Notes: generated by a model not told the origin, from the letters alone. Numbered from the stretch's first letter, positions 1-13,096 are shown. The stretch is 64,000 nt of DNA from Gracilinanus agilis (GCF_016433145.1 NC_058132.1:16905261-16969260), one strand, 5' to 3'. Numbers and translations: made by a program.

Positions 1-176
1 GAGGGAGGGAAAGGGGAGAGAGAGAGGAGAGGGGAGAGAAAGAGAGAGAGAAGAAAGGAGAGAGGGAGGGAAAGGGGAGAGAGAGAGGAGAGGGGAGAGA
101 AAGAGAGAAGAAAGGAGAGAGGGAGGGAAGAAGGGAGAGAGGGAGGGAAAGGGGAGAGAGAGGAGAAGAGAGAGAG
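1..176. repeat. GA-rich low-complexity/compound microsatellite
   Basis: Near-pure purine run of GAGA/GGGA units at the window start. Confidence 0.9.
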
Positions 177-1787
177 ATATCAGGGAAGTTGAAACCATCA
201 GATAGATAGGCAAACATAGACTGGGAAAGACAAGGAATGAAGCATCAAGTAACAAAAACAAGAAGGTGAAAAGAAAGAGAGACAGAGATAGAGTCAGGGA
301 GATAGGGGAGGAGAGTGAGAGAGCCAGACAGAGAGAGATAGCTAGACATAAACTGAGATGGAATCAGGGTGAATGGGGAAGGGGGGTGGGTCAGGGGAGT
401 GGGCTAGGGACATGCACATAGAGAGATACAGGCCAAAACAAGAGATAGGCATGGACTGTCAGTGACCCAGAGAGAGACAGGCTGAAGCAGTCATGTAGAC
501 ACTGACAAATAAAAGGCCAGAGGAACACGTACTGATATAAACCCAGAGAACAGAGAAGGGGAGTTGGAGCCAGAGGGTGACAGGTGAAGATGGAGACGCC
601 CAAAGAGTCAGAGCCAAATACCTGGAGACAAAGTAAGTGGATGACAGACCCAGACAACGAGGGTCGAGCAGAAAAAGGTTTAAGAAGAGGCCAAAAGTCA
701 GTGAGGCACAGAAAGAGCTGGATGAGAGAAGGTGGAGACAGACAGAGGGGACAGAGGGCAGCCTGGGTGACAGGTTAAACAGGAGCAGAGCCTGGGCTCA
801 GCGGAGGGGAGTGTTGGGGGGGACAACAGCCCCATTGTTCCCTTGAGGAAGGCTGGGACAGGAAGCTGGCAAAGGTCACCAATCAAGGCAGGGACCAGGG
901 TTGGGCGGCTTGGGAAGAAACAGGTGCTGCCCAGCAGAGTACCAGGGGGCTGATTCCCCCATCCCTGTCCCTTAAAGGACTCAGGTGGCTTGATTCCCTC
1001 AGCAACTCGCCCCCTACCCCAGGAGGACTGAGGAGTCCTAATCTCCCCATCCCCCACAGGGACCTGACGGTCCTGAGCTCTCCAGCCCTCTCCCTCAGAG
1101 AATTTCTCCGATGTGTTGCCAAAGAGAGAAAATATACACTCAGTTGTGGTTACTGGAGGACTCAGGCTTCCGGCCCCTGAGCCCAATCCGGGCCATAAGC
1201 CAGGCTGGTGGGATGGGCCCCAGCGCGGGGGGAGGGAGCTCAGGATGGGGAAGGATGAACTGGGAGGTGGAGGGAGGAGGGGATAGGATCTGGACCTAAG
1301 GGGCACCCCTAACCCACAAGGGGTGGGTATGTCTGTGGGCCTCCAGATTTGGCTTCTATGGGTCTCTGGAGAAAAGTAGAGCAAAGCATTTAAGGCTTGG
1401 AATCAGGAGAGACCTGGGTCTGGGCAGGATATTTGTTATGCATGTGACCTAGGGAAAATCATTTCCTAGCTTTGCGCCTCAGTTTCCCCATCTTTCTCTA
1501 GAATCTCATCATTTCTAAAACGGGGGTGGGGGGGCTCAGCCTAAACATCTCTAAGGCCCCTTCTGGAGCCAACATTCTTAAATGCTTGATAAGTGTTGAC
1601 AAGTGTTTTCTAGGAGCCCCTAAAGAAGAAGGTGAGGGTTTCTGGATTCCGCATAGCGGTTTCTAGGGGCCCCTCGAGCAGAGGGTGAAGATGACTAGAC
1701 TAGGAATGGTGGTGTCTAGAGGCCTGAGGGGTAAGGGAGTAGGGTGAGCATTGAATAGTATATTCCTCTGGGTTGTGGAACTGAGGC

Positions 1788-1980
1788 AAACCTTACCTTC
1801 CATCTTGGAGTCAATACTGTGTATTGGCTCCGAGGCAGAAGAGTGGCAAGGGCTAGGCAATGGGGGTTAAGTGACTTGCCCAGGGTCACACAGCTGGGAA
1901 GTGTCTGAGGCCAAATTCGAACTCAGGACCTCCAGTCTCTAGGCCTGGCTCTCCATCCACTGAGCTACCCAGCTGCCCCC
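1788..1980 (-). mobile_element. SINE1_Mdo-type CORE-SINE
   Basis: Reverse complement of the GGGGCAGCTGGGTAGCTCAGTGG...GGTTCAAAT...GTGACCCTGGGCAAGTCACTT...AAGGTAAGGGTTT family consensus repeated across the window. Confidence 0.85.
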
Positions 1981-2029
1981 TGAGGCAACTCTTTAAGGGG
2001 TACAGAATAATTGTGGAGAGAGTCAGAGA

Positions 2030-2100
2030 GACAGAGAGAGACAGAGGCAGAGAGAGAGGGAGAGAGACAGACACAGACACAGACACAGACACAGAGAGAG
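2030..2100. repeat. (GA)/(GACACA) compound microsatellite
   Basis: Visible tandem units. Confidence 0.85.
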
Positions 2101-2543
2101 GGATTGGAGGATTGGAGAGAGGGAGGAGGCAGGAATACAGCCCGAACCCACTGCGCCCCCAACCCGGGATTTACTGGATTCTGCCTGGTGGTCTTGTGGA
2201 GCCCCTGAACTTGAACCACTTCCTCTGGAGGCAAGAGGAAGTAAGAGTGGGAAAGGAAGAGCCAGAAAGAGGATCAGGGACATGTGACTGGTGGTGAGGA
2301 GGGAGGGAGCTCACGTCCAAGAACCTAAAGTAGAGAATATCGGGCGCCCTCATCCAGTGCTCAGGGGGCCGGAGGAAAGCCGGGACACAACATGAACCCA
2401 GCCCACCCCCCACGATATCCAAATGGTAGTTTCTAAAAGCCTGCGTGGGGCGGGAGGTGGAAGGGGAGGAAGAAGTTAGTCCGCACTGTTCGGGGGCTAG
2501 GCTGGCCCTGAGATGTGTCTCTGACTTTCCCGTATCCCCACAG

Positions 2544-2639
2544 TGGGCTCCCTATCTGTTCCTGGTGAAATGTGGGATCAGCATCTCCACCGTCTTCCTC
2601 CTCGCACTCATCTTGGCCTTCCACGCTAAGGAGGTGCAG
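2544..2639 (+). CDS. KCNN4: KCa3.1 (SK4) Ca-activated K+ channel, exon 2 (exon 1 lies upstream of the window)
   Basis: cag|TGG...CAG|gtaggt; encodes [32 protein letters not shown], matching the KCa3.1 S2 segment. Confidence 0.95.
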
Positions 2640-3232
2640 GTAGGTCGGCCTCTTGCCGCTTCCCTCCGCCCCTGCCAGCCCTGCCCGGCCACCTCAGTCT
2701 TTCCATCCTCCTTCTCTTCTTCCTCCTCCTCCAGGGGTTTCCCCGCCGGCCCAGACCAGTGACTAATGGGGATGGTGGCAAGGAAGGGTCCACGCCCTGA
2801 CAGAGACTCCCTTGCCCCCGGGGCTCCAGCAGCCTGTTCCCAGTCTCTCCATCCGCCCCCCACACACACACCCTCCATCCTGTACCACAACCCTATAGCT
2901 CTTTCCAAGGACGGGACGAGAGGAGGGGAGGGAGGGGAGCCGAGAGTTAGAGGAAGGAGGAGGGAGAGAAAGAAAAGAGGGGGAGAGGGCCAAGAGAGGA
3001 GGGAGAAAAGGGAAAACTGGCTCGGCCCACCCCACTCCTTAGCTTCCAGATGGGTAAACGGAGGCCCGGAGAGGGGAGGGATTGCTTGTCCAAGAGTCTC
3101 CCCAGTGACTTCGCGAGGTCGCGCCCGAGTCGCTCTCCTCCTCCTGCTCCTCCTGGGCCTCCCTGATAAGCCAGAGCCGAGCTCCTTATCGGAGGCTTGG
3201 GGCCCAGCCCTTGTCGCCCTCGCTCCCCGCAG

Positions 3233-3648
3233 CTCTTCATGACCGACAACGGCCTCCGCGACTGGCGGGTGGCGCTGACCGGGCGCCAGGTGGCCCAGAT
3301 GGTGCTGGAGCTGCTGGTGTGCGGGGCGCACCCTCCGCCGCTGCCCGCGTGGGCCGCGCCTTCGTGCCAGAGTCCCGCGCGCCCGTGGCCCGTGTTCCTG
3401 AGCCAGGTCGAGGCGCTGCTGTCGCTGGCCATGCTGCTCCGCCTCTACCTGGTGCCCCGGGCCGTGCTGCTCCGCAGCGGGGTGCTGCTCAACGCCTCTT
3501 ACCGCAGCATCGGCGCCCTCAACCGGGTGCGCTTCCGCCACTGGTTCGTGGCCAAACTGTACATGAACACGCACCCCGGCCGCCTCCTGCTGGCCCTCAC
3601 CCTCGGGCTCTGGCTCACCACGGCCTGGGTGCTCTCCGTGGCCGAGAG
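3233..3648 (+). CDS. KCNN4: KCNN4 exon 3 (S3-S5)
   Basis: ag|CTC...AG|gtgag; [19 protein letters not shown]...[12 protein letters not shown]; S3-S4 loop appears 4 aa shorter than the human sequence as recalled. Confidence 0.97.
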
Positions 3649-3758
3649 GTGAGCTCTCCGCGTCGGGGGCTCCCCAAGGGAGGGAAGGGAAGGGGGTCGG
3701 AGGGGCAGAGGCCTTCCCTGACTCCCAGACCGCACCTCTTCTAAAAACCCTGCCTTCA

Positions 3759-3960
3759 GGGGCGGCTGGGTAGCTCAGTGAATTGAGAGTCAAGCCCAGA
3801 GACAGGAGGTCCTGGGCAAGAACCTCAGACACTTCCTTGCTGGGTGACCCTGGGCAAGTCACTTAACTCCAATTGCCCAGCCCTTACCTATGTTCTAGAA
3901 TCTTAGAACCAATACTTAGCATCCATTCTAAGACAGAAAGTATTTAAAAAAAAAAAAAAA
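3759..3960 (+). mobile_element. SINE1_Mdo-type SINE
   Basis: A/B-box head, CORE segment, poly(A) tail. Confidence 0.85.
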
Positions 3961-3981
3961 CTAAAATTCAAAGCATTATGT

Positions 3982-4150
3982 AGGGCAACTGGGTGGCATT
4001 GTGGATAGAGCTCCAGGCCTGAAGTTGTAGGATCTGGGTTCAAATGTGGCCTCAGGCACTTCCTAACTGGGCAAGTCGCTTAACCTGAACTGCCTAGTCC
4101 TTGCCACTCTTCTGTCTTAGAAGTGATACTAAGAAGATAAAGGTTTTATT
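3982..4150 (+). mobile_element. Older CORE-SINE copy
   Basis: tRNA-like head, CORE, different tail. Confidence 0.7.
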
Positions 4151-4554
4151 GTTTTAAAAGGAGAAAAAAGTCTATTAGCCCTAGGGTAGGCGAAGGCAGA
4201 AATGTCAGACTTGGGTACCTAGCTGGGTAAGTGTAATCTGTAAAATGGGTACAAGTGGGAACATTTATGTTGTAGCAACCAAGTCCCAAGAGAGACCGAA
4301 GGCAAGCCCCACCTCGACCTGATGATTCATCCCAGGTCTAGTGAGGAATTGATAGAGGCAAAGCTATTAGCAGTGGCTCAGCCTCGAAGAGAAAGGCCCC
4401 ACCAGACACCATAAAACGAGAGAGGGCTAGAGGGATGCAGCGACAGCTTGCATAGACCCAGTACAGCCTGAGTGACTGGCCCAAGGTCACATTGAGCCAT
4501 AGAGATCAGAAGGTGGTCCTGCACCTAAAGGTGGTTCGGGAAGTGGGGGTGTAG

Positions 4555-4956
<402 letters not shown>

Positions 4957-5133
4957 TAGATAGAGAAACCGAGGCTCCAAAGGGGAAATGACATGGAGAA
5001 ACTGAGACTAGACTCCACAGGTCCAGACATGGTCTTATGCAGGTCTCCATTACCTAAAGGATCGGGCTCCCCCAGGGCATGCACACCCACCCCGACACCC
5101 AGGCGTGCTTCTGAACTTTCCCCTTGCCCACAG

Positions 5134-5244
5134 GGGGTGTGCTGTACAGCTCTCCTAGTGGCTGTCGTTGCCCGAAAGCTGGAATTCAATAAGGCGGAGA
5201 AACACGTCCACAATTTCATGATGGATATTCAATACGCCAAAGAG
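5134..5244 (+). CDS. KCNN4: KCNN4 exon 5 (S6, start of the calmodulin-binding domain)
   Basis: cag|GGG...GAG|gtgag; [37 protein letters not shown]. Confidence 0.97.
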
Positions 5245-5433
5245 GTGAGGACGTCAGCGCCCCTCCCTGCCATCCCTGCCTCTCGAGCCCCCGAAGTGCA
5301 GCTTTTCCAAACCTCTGATCAGATCCAGCTGTCATGAACCTCCAGAGGTGACCTGGGCTTGTCAGGGACCCAGGTGTCCCTGGGTCCCAGGAATCTGGGC
5401 TCCCCACCCATTGATGTTGTGCTTTCCCAAAAG

Positions 5434-5552
5434 ATGAGGGATTCTGCGGCCCGAGTGCTACAGGAAGCCTGGATGTTCTACAAACATATCAGAAGGAAGG
5501 AATCCGGAGCTGCTCGGAGGCACCAGCGGAAATTGCTCTCAGCCATCCACAT
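5434..5552 (+). CDS. KCNN4: KCNN4 exon 6
   Basis: aag|ATG...AT|gtgag; [39 protein letters not shown]. Confidence 0.95.
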
Positions 5553-5724
5553 GTGAGACCTGGCTAGGGCAGGTGGGGCAGGGGGACGGGAGGAGCTGCT
5601 CTGTGTCTGTATGTGGATATCCTGGGCAGGGGATGGGCTTGGGGACCCACAGAGGGCTGAAGCCAGACTATGGATGGGCACAGAAGTCCCATGGGAGCCC
5701 GTCACCTCACTTCTCTCCATGCAG

Positions 5725-5794
5725 ATTCCGTCAGGTCCGCTTAAAACACCGGAAACTGCGAGAACAAGTGAACTCCATGGTGGACATCTCCAAG
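5725..5794 (+). CDS. KCNN4: KCNN4 exon 7
   Basis: cag|A...AAG|gtaag; FRQVRLKHRKLREQVNSMVDISK, including the His equivalent to human H358. Confidence 0.95.
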
Positions 5795-6210
5795 GTAAGG
5801 CGGAGGCCAGCGATGTCCAGGGATGTTGGGAGGAGTGATCTGGGGGGGGGGGGGGATGGGGAGGAAGGGACCAGGGGACAGAGGAACAGGAGATGAGAGT
5901 CCAAAGGAATAGGGATGGCTGATGGAGGGCGAGGATTGGGCTGGGATCGCTATATAGAATTATGCCATAAGAAGAGCTTCATTCATGGGGAACAGAGGCT
6001 CAAAGGATCAAGGGATGTGGGAAGAAGAGTAAGGGGCAGGGAGATGAGGGACAGAAGGATGGAGAACAGGGGATTGGGGCTGCAGGAGGGGCGAGGGATG
6101 GAGTATTGAGTGCCGAGGTATCAAGGGATGGGACTGGGAGCAGAGGCATCTGGGAAAGGCTCCTTAGCCCCCTGCCCCTCCTGACAAACCCACCCCTTGC
6201 TCTCCCCCAG

Positions 6211-6372
6211 ATGCACATGATCCTGTGTGACTTGCAATCTGGCCTCAGCACTTCCCACAGAAACCTGGAGAAGCGAATGGATATACTAGGAGGGAAACTG
6301 GACACGCTGACCCAACTCCTCAGTGCAGCCTTAGAATCTAGGCAGGCCCCAGAACCCAGGGAAGACACATAG
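6211..6372 (+). CDS. KCNN4: KCNN4 exon 8, last coding exon (C-terminal coiled coil)
   Basis: cag|ATG; [56 protein letters not shown]; donor gtaagg at 6376. Confidence 0.93.
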   Translation: MHMILCDLQSGLSTSHRNLEKRMDILGGKLDTLTQLLSAALESRQAPEPREDT

Positions 6373-6609
6373 TTGGTAAGGAGGCTCCTGCCCCAGAGGG
6401 TCCCCGTCCCAAGGGGGAGGCCTGGCCAGCAGTCAGTGGGTGCTCAGCTCCTCTAGGAAGCAGCCAGTTCCTGAGGGAGGACGAGTGTTTTGATGGGAGC
6501 TCAGTGCCAAGTGGGAGATGCGGCTTGTATCCCAGAATGTTCTGGGCTGGCCAGCCAGCTCTGGGCCAAAGGAGCTGGTGGGAACAGAAGGGATGGTGAG
6601 GGCTCCTCT

Positions 6610-6611
<2 letters not shown>

Positions 6612-6666
<55 letters not shown>
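6612..6666. repeat. (GA)n microsatellite
   Basis: Perfect GA run. Confidence 0.95.
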
Positions 6667-6669
<3 letters not shown>

Positions 6670-6743
6670 ACGGCTTCTCCCAACCTCTGGCCCTTCTCCA
6701 TGTGTGGCTCTTCCTGCCTCTGAGCCTCTCTCTTCCTGTGAAC

Positions 6744-6945
6744 TTTTTTTTTCTTTTTTTTTAATTTTTAAACCCTTAACTTCTGTGTATTGGCTCCTAG
6801 GTGGAAGAGTGGTAAGGGTGGGCAATGGGGGTCAAGTGACTTGTCCAGGGTCACACAGCTGGGAAGTGTCTGAGGCCAGATTTGAACCCAGGACCTCCCG
6901 TCTCTAGGCCTGGCTCTCCATCCACTGAGCTTCCCAGCTGCCCCC
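6744..6945 (-). mobile_element. SINE1_Mdo-type SINE
   Basis: Poly(T) then reverse family consensus. Confidence 0.88.
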
Positions 6946-7107
6946 TTTCCTTCGTACTTTTTCTCAGCTCTTCTATACACGTGATGATGGGGTTTTCCTG
7001 TCTTTGTCCAAATGGGGGCCTTTCTCCTTCTTTCCCTACCTTGGCAATCCTGTCTCCCTAAGGGTGTTGGGTGCCTAACTCCTCTTTCTCACTCTCTCTT
7101 TTCCCAG

Positions 7108-7795
7108 GGTCTATGGAAGGGAACCCAGCTCCTTTGGCCCCGGGGGACAAGGGGGCAGCCATCCCCTTTCACTTCATCAGGGCATGAAGGAGGGGCCCAC
7201 CTCTCTCTAAGAGCTGCTAAAGGAGTCCCTGGCTGGGCCAGGGGTACCCCTGTTCACCCAAGCAATGGAAGTGGTGGATTTCAAAGCTGCTACAAGGCCA
7301 GAGAGCCAAGGAACCTGCGAGCAAGAGGCCACAGGCTTTCTGCAAGTCACACCATCAACTAAGAAAGTAGAATGAAGGGGAGGCTCTGGGGAGGGTGAAG
7401 GGGCTGGGGGCCAGGGTCCTGGATCCCAGAAGGATCAGACTCTCTTTCCCTGGATGACGCCTGGGTCTGGGGAGTGAGAGGAGGCCGACTGCCTGGGTCC
7501 CTGCTGGGACAAGAGAGAGCCGGTCCCCCAAGTTGAACGAGAACTGAGAGGGCTGGACACAGAGGTCCCTGTTCAAAGTCGCTGCTGGACAGTGAAAAAG
7601 CTTAAGGGAGCCTGTGTCAGAGGTGGGGAGAGGCTCTTGGCAGGTACATGGAAGCCTGGGGCACCCCCTAGTGGAGACCGCAAGGGGACAGGGGGCAGCC
7701 TGAGCCCCTGAAGGGGAATCTGGCCAGAGCTGCCCCACTTCCCCCCCCTTCCCCCTCCCCACTTTGAAAATAAAAGTTAATATTCTGGAACAGGG
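7108..7795 (+). other. KCNN4: KCNN4 predicted non-coding 3' UTR exon 9
   Basis: Long polypyrimidine tract plus cag at 7081-7107; AATAAA at 7769-7774; pairs with the donor 3 nt after the stop; 3' end approximate. Confidence 0.7.
7769..7774 (+). terminator. KCNN4 polyadenylation signal
   Basis: AATAAA, first canonical hexamer after the 7108 acceptor. Confidence 0.65.
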
Positions 7796-8355
7796 AGATG
7801 TTGTCCCATTCTTTAAAGCACTTCCTGCCTCGCAATGCCAACAAAGCCCTTGTCTTCTAAGGGCAAAGGCAGACACCGAATCCGGAGCCCCAGGTTTCAG
7901 ATCACTCTGCCATGACCTTGGGCCTCCCTTCCCTATACAGCAAAACAAAGGGCTGGGACTCCATGACCTCCAGGGTCCCTTCGACCCTGGGATTCCGGGG
8001 CACTGGCAAAGTTAGAGTAGTGAGAGATCTGTCAGTGGAGAATCCAAGCTCAGGCTGGACAATTATGAAATGTCAGCACCAGAAGGTATCCCGCAGTCCT
8101 GCCCCCTTGTTTTTATAAGTGAGGAAACTGAGGCCCAGGGAGAAGGACTTGCCCACGGTCACATATCAAACCTTGCACTAAGACGTTCCCCCACGTCCCT
8201 GCAGCTCCATGAAATTATCGAGGGGGAGAGATCTGTATTCGATAAAGTATCAAAAATAAGGGACTGCTGGACAATATTAGTAACATATTACAGGCCACTG
8301 GGAACAGGCAGGGGTCTCCTAATTGGGTCAGATTCCCTCTTTAAGAAAAAAGTAA

Positions 8356-8560
8356 GGGGGCAGCTGGGTGGCTCAGTGGATGGAGAGCCAGGCCTAGAGA
8401 TGGGAGGTCCTGGGTTCAAATCTGGCCTCAGATACTTCCTAGCTGTGTGACCCTGGGCAAGTCACTTGACCCCCATTGCCTACCCTTACCACTCTTCTGC
8501 CTTGGAACCAATACAAAGTATTGACTCCAAGACGGAAGGTGAGGGTTTAAAAAAAAAAAA
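8356..8560 (+). mobile_element. SINE1_Mdo-type SINE
   Basis: Full-length, poly(A), AAAAAAGTA-like flanking duplication. Confidence 0.9.
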
Positions 8561-9199
8561 GTACGACCTAAGTCTGGTTTTAGCACAAAAATGGAGACTA
8601 ATATTAAATCCACCAAGACAGACAAATGCAGCAGTTGGGCTAGTCCCCAAGGCTTGGCCTTTATTTGCCCAAATTACCTTAAGAAAGTCTCTGACCCTCA
8701 TCTGTAAAATGGGTCAGGTATTTTCTAAGATCCCTTCCGTCTCTGAAACTCTCAATTGTAAAGAATACAAGGGCGAACAAGAGGACAAAAGTGAACAGTA
8801 CAAGAGCCCTTAGAACAGAGAATGTCAGAGCAAGAACACGGAACCTCACAGGTAAGAGAACTTAGAATATCGACCTCCTAGTGGAGGATCTTCATTTCAC
8901 AGGGGTGATGGGGGGTGAGGGCCAGGGAGGGAAGGGAAGGTTCTCAAGGCCACCCAGTAAAGTCACAGCAGAACAGAGCTTAGAGCTTACTTGAAGGGTT
9001 CCGCCACCTCCTGCCTACTCCTTTGTCTTGGTCCCTGAGGGAAGAACCAGGATCACTGGGTAGAAGTTCCAGAGGCTGATTTCAGTTCATTGTCAGAATC
9101 AGAGCCGCCCCAAAGTGGAATGGGCTGCCATGGGAGCTGGTGGAATGGCTTCCCCAAGCAAAGACTACTTGCTGACTGGGATTTAGAGGGCTCAGCTGG

Positions 9200-9380
9200 A
9201 CCAGGGGTTATTAACCTGGGGTCCAGGGACGTGCATGAACTTGAGGAGAAAAAAATTACATCTTTCCTTCCACTAACTTGTAGCTGAAACTTGGTATTTC
9301 CTTTGATTATAAACATAGGCAACGAACATTATTTGAAGGGGTCTGTTCACAGGTCTTACCAGATTGCCAAGGAGGTGTCT
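9200..9380. mobile_element. Degraded hAT (Charlie-like) MITE remnant
   Basis: CAGGGGTTATTAACCTGGGGTCC start resembles a hAT TIR; right end lost in a microsatellite. Confidence 0.4.
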
Positions 9381-9832
9381 GTCAGTCTGTCTGTCTGACT
9401 GTCTGTTTCTCTGTCTCTCTCTCTCACACGCACACACACACACATACACACACGTGCCAGAATACTGAGATCTCTTCCAGTTGTAAGAGTCCATGAATTA
9501 GTGAATTTACCATCTAAGCAGCTTCTCTCTCTTTCTACATTGCTTCTTACTCTGCTCTCCAGGGCCGATCGGAGCAAGTCTAATCTTCTCAATGTGTCTA
9601 CCATCCACAAATTTAGAGGCAGGGATCCATGGTCTGCTTCCTCAGTGCCCCAGACTTCTCATCTTCGAGATAAACATCCCCATTTCCTATACAAGATTTC
9701 AGGGCGCAGGAAGGGCTCTTTGGACAAAGAAAATAGAATGTAAGAGGAAGGAAAGGAAGAGATTTAAGAATCCATCTAGCCTGACCCTCTCATTTGACCA
9801 GGTAAAAAATCTCTGAAGCTCGGAGGAAAACG

Positions 9833-10245
9833 TGTTTTCCCAAAGTCATCTGTATATTAAGGCCAGAAGCAATATGAAAACTCGAAGAAAGATCACTCCA
9901 CACCACGTCACCCCTTTGTTTTTCTTGGCCCCAAACAACCGGGTTAAGGTACCAAGAGCAAATACAGGCTTGCTCTTAGGAGAGCTGCCCCCAAAGAGGA
10001 CAGGCTGCTTCCGGAAGGGGGGTTCCTTCTCATTAGGCCCTCAAGTCAAGGCTAGAGACCACCTGTTGGGCGTACCCCGGTAGAGTGTCAATGTCAGTGT
10101 CAAAGATCTGTCTCTTGGGCCAACTGACTCAAATCAAAATGCAATTCAGAAACCTTTAACAAAATAAAAATACAATCTGCGGTTCTCTAAGTCAAAACGT
10201 GCCCCACAGGGAGCCTCGGGTAGGGTTTGGTGACTCCTACCTATT
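9833..10245 (+). mobile_element. Possible solo LTR
   Basis: TG start, AATAAA near 10163, sits between two similar L3-like segments; no clear TSD found. Confidence 0.3.
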
Positions 10246-11294
10246 TCTACTTGAGTTTGGCCTCTCTGCAGTGGAGGGCTCAGGTTGGTCTAAAATGACT
10301 AGAGTCCCTTCCAGCTCAGAGATCCTGCTAAGCTTCTAGGCTACAAAGCTTCCCTGTAACTCTTCCCACTCTGCTTCTTATTCTGCCCTCAAGGCCAAGC
10401 AGAACAAGTCTAATCCCTTCCACAGGCGACAGCCCTTCAAATGTCCCAAGACGGGAATCCAAAGTCATCCCTCCTAAGTCTTCTCCAAACTAAACAGCCC
10501 CAGTTCCTACACAAAATCAATCAATGCACAAGCATCTATTAAGTACTTATTATGAACCAGACATCGGTGATAAGGGCCGGAGATACAAATAAAATAAATA
10601 GGTTTTAGAACGTGGATCTTAGAGCAGGAAGAATCTTTTGGACAGAGTTCAGAGTGTGTCAGAGCAGAAAGGAAACTGCAGACAGACTAGCCCAACCTCT
10701 TCAATTAACAAGTGATAAATCTGTGAGACTGACTTTCCCAAGGTCATCGGGCATGTTAGACAGAACATGAATAAGAACTAAGAGAAAGATCTATCCACTG
10801 CCAAGACTCACCTCTTTTCTCTAAAAATGTTTGCTCTTGGGACTCTTGCCAGTTTACCTAGCCCAACCTTATCAGCCTGGTATCTGTAGGACACACCTTA
10901 GAGACAACCTGGTCTCTTGGTCGTTGTGGACCAGGAAAAGGATTTCACGGATTCCTGACCTCCACCTTGGCCTCCAGGTAATACCACTGGCTTCCCACCA
11001 GGGCTCCCTACTATAATAGTCAACATTCTAAAGTCTCTCCTGGACCTGACGTTCTGAGTTCTACAATCCTTCCAAGTTCTCACATTCTATATTCTAAAAC
11101 CCATTTCAGAGTTCATCTCTTAATTGCCAAATCTGTGGACCTTTCCTCAGTCCTCATCCTTTTGGACTTCTCTGCAGCATTTGACTCTGCTGAACACCCT
11201 CCTCCTCTGGATTCTCCAGTCTTTCTGACCACTCCCTATCAGCCTCCTTTACTGGGTCTCATTCCAAGTGATGGCCACTAACCATGGGTATCCA

Positions 11295-11860
11295 CTCAGG
11301 CATGCTGGAGCCAGTTTGAACTGGAAGAGTGCATTGTTAAATTTTCTTTTAGGGGTGAGTAGANNNNNNNNNNNNNNNNNNNNNNNNNNNNNNNNNNNNN
11401 NNNNNNNNNNNNNNNNNNNNNNNNNNNNNNNNNNNNNNNNNNNNNNNNNNNNNNNNNNNNNNNNNNNNNNNNNNNNNNNNNNNNNNNNNNNNNNNNNNNN
11501 NNNNNNNNNNNNNNNNNNNNNNNNNNNNNNNNNNNNNNNNNNNNNNNNNNNNNNNNNNNNNNNNNNNNNNNNNNNNNNNNNNNNNNNNNNNNNNNNNNNN
11601 NNNNNNNNNNNNNNNNNNNNNNNNNNNNNNNNNNNNNNNNNNNNNNNNNNNNNNNNNNNNNNNNNNNNNNNNNNNNNNNNNNNNNNNNNNNNNNNNNNNN
11701 NNNNAATCAAGGTGTGATTTGTTGTCTTGTTCATTTCTACACCTAAGAAAGTGATGGAGAAAAATGTTAATAATGCAGATTAAACTTGAAAGTATGTCAT
11801 TCATAATACACACACACACACACACACACACCAATTGTTAAATCTTTATTTGCACCTCCC
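11295..11860 (+). mobile_element. MER63-like hAT (Blackjack) element spanning the gap
   Basis: GCTGGAGCCAGTTT...ATTGTTAAATTTTC start and AAGAAAGTGATGGAGAAAAATGTTAATAATGCAGATTAAACTT match the recalled MER63 consensus. Confidence 0.6.
11364..11704. other. Assembly gap
   Basis: N run. Confidence 1.
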
Positions 11861-12484
11861 CGGTCAGCGTTTTGTCCTGGGCCCTCTTTCTCTTTTTCCT
11901 TCTAACCTTGCTTATTTCATGATCTCTCCTCCCAGATTAGGTATCTAGTCTGTCTCTCTCCTGAACTGGAGTCTCATGTCGCACTATCTGCATCTTGGAC
12001 ATCTCAACTCGGGTGTTCCATAGGCATCTCAACTCAGTCCGTCCCAAACAGAACTCACTATTCTCCCCCTTACCACAAAACCATTCTCTCTTCCCAACTT
12101 TGCTTTTCCAGTGGAGGGTATCCCCATCCTTCTGGGCCCTCAAGCCTGCAGCCTGAGTGTTATTCTCAACTCATCACTTTCACTCAACTCACATATCAAA
12201 TCTGTACTTCTCAATGTTTCTTTCTTCATAATGTCTCCTCCATGCTCCTTGTCTCAACCCATATAGCTTCAAGCCTGGTTTAGGCTCTTGAAATAGCTTT
12301 CTATTATAAAAAGGTTTTGTCTTTCTGTTTATATTTTCTCCTAGTATCATTCCTCCCTTTGCATAGAGCCTTATATATTATGACAAATAGTATTTTTTAA
12401 GAATAAAAAGCACACAAAAAAACAAAATATGTGCAATGCTTATGAATCTCCCACTTCTTCAAAGGGTCTGGGGCATCTTCTTAT

Positions 12485-12694
12485 CTTTTTTTTTTTTTTT
12501 TAAACCATAACTGCCATCTTAGAATCAATACTGTATGTTGATTCCGAGGCAGAAGAGTGATTAGGGCTGGGCAATAAGGGTTAAGTGACTTGCCCAGGGT
12601 CATGTAGCTAGGAAGTATCTGAGGCCAAATTTGATCCCAGGACATCTCACCTCTAGGCCCGGCTCTCAGTCCACTGAGACACCCAGCCATCCCC
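12485..12694 (-). mobile_element. SINE1_Mdo-type SINE
   Basis: Poly(T) plus reverse consensus. Confidence 0.85.
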
Positions 12695-13096
12695 TACATC
12701 ACTTCTTGAGTTCTGCTTGTTCTCTAAAATTTTTTAACATTCCCTTTGGATTGTGGTGGAGGGGGAGGGAGATTAGTTCTTTCCATTTACTAAGATTTAT
12801 GAAGAGCTTTACAAACATTGTCCCATTTGATCTTCATAACCACCCTGGAAAGTAGGTACAGTTATTGGCCTCATTTATAAATGAGGAAACTGAGGCCAAC
12901 TTTGGTGAAGTGACTTGGCCAGTATCACACAGCTAGTATCTGAGGTAGTATTGGAAGGAGGGTCTTCCTGTCTTTAGGCCCAGCACTGACTATCTCCTGG
13001 TCTCAAGGCTGCCTCTTAGCTTCCTAAGTGGTCAATCCGTGTGATATCTCTCCCCTCTCTAACACATTCTCCACTCGGTTTACAGAGTGGTTTTCC

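Larger units (their letters stand above)
10990..12290 (+). mobile_element. L2 LINE relic interrupted by a MER63-like hAT element and a gap
   Basis: Pyrimidine-rich L2-like motifs (ctctgctgaacaccctcctc; ggacatctcaactc...aacagaactc) on both sides. Confidence 0.6.

Noticed and set aside
1-2543. KCNN4 exon 1 (MGG...LRRRKRLLEQEK-like)
   Set aside because: No such peptide in any frame I could read; it must lie upstream of the window
2552-3862. 436-aa minus-strand ORF and other long overlapping ORFs
   Set aside because: Antisense or alternate-frame shadows of GC-rich KCNN4 exon 3; no recognisable domain
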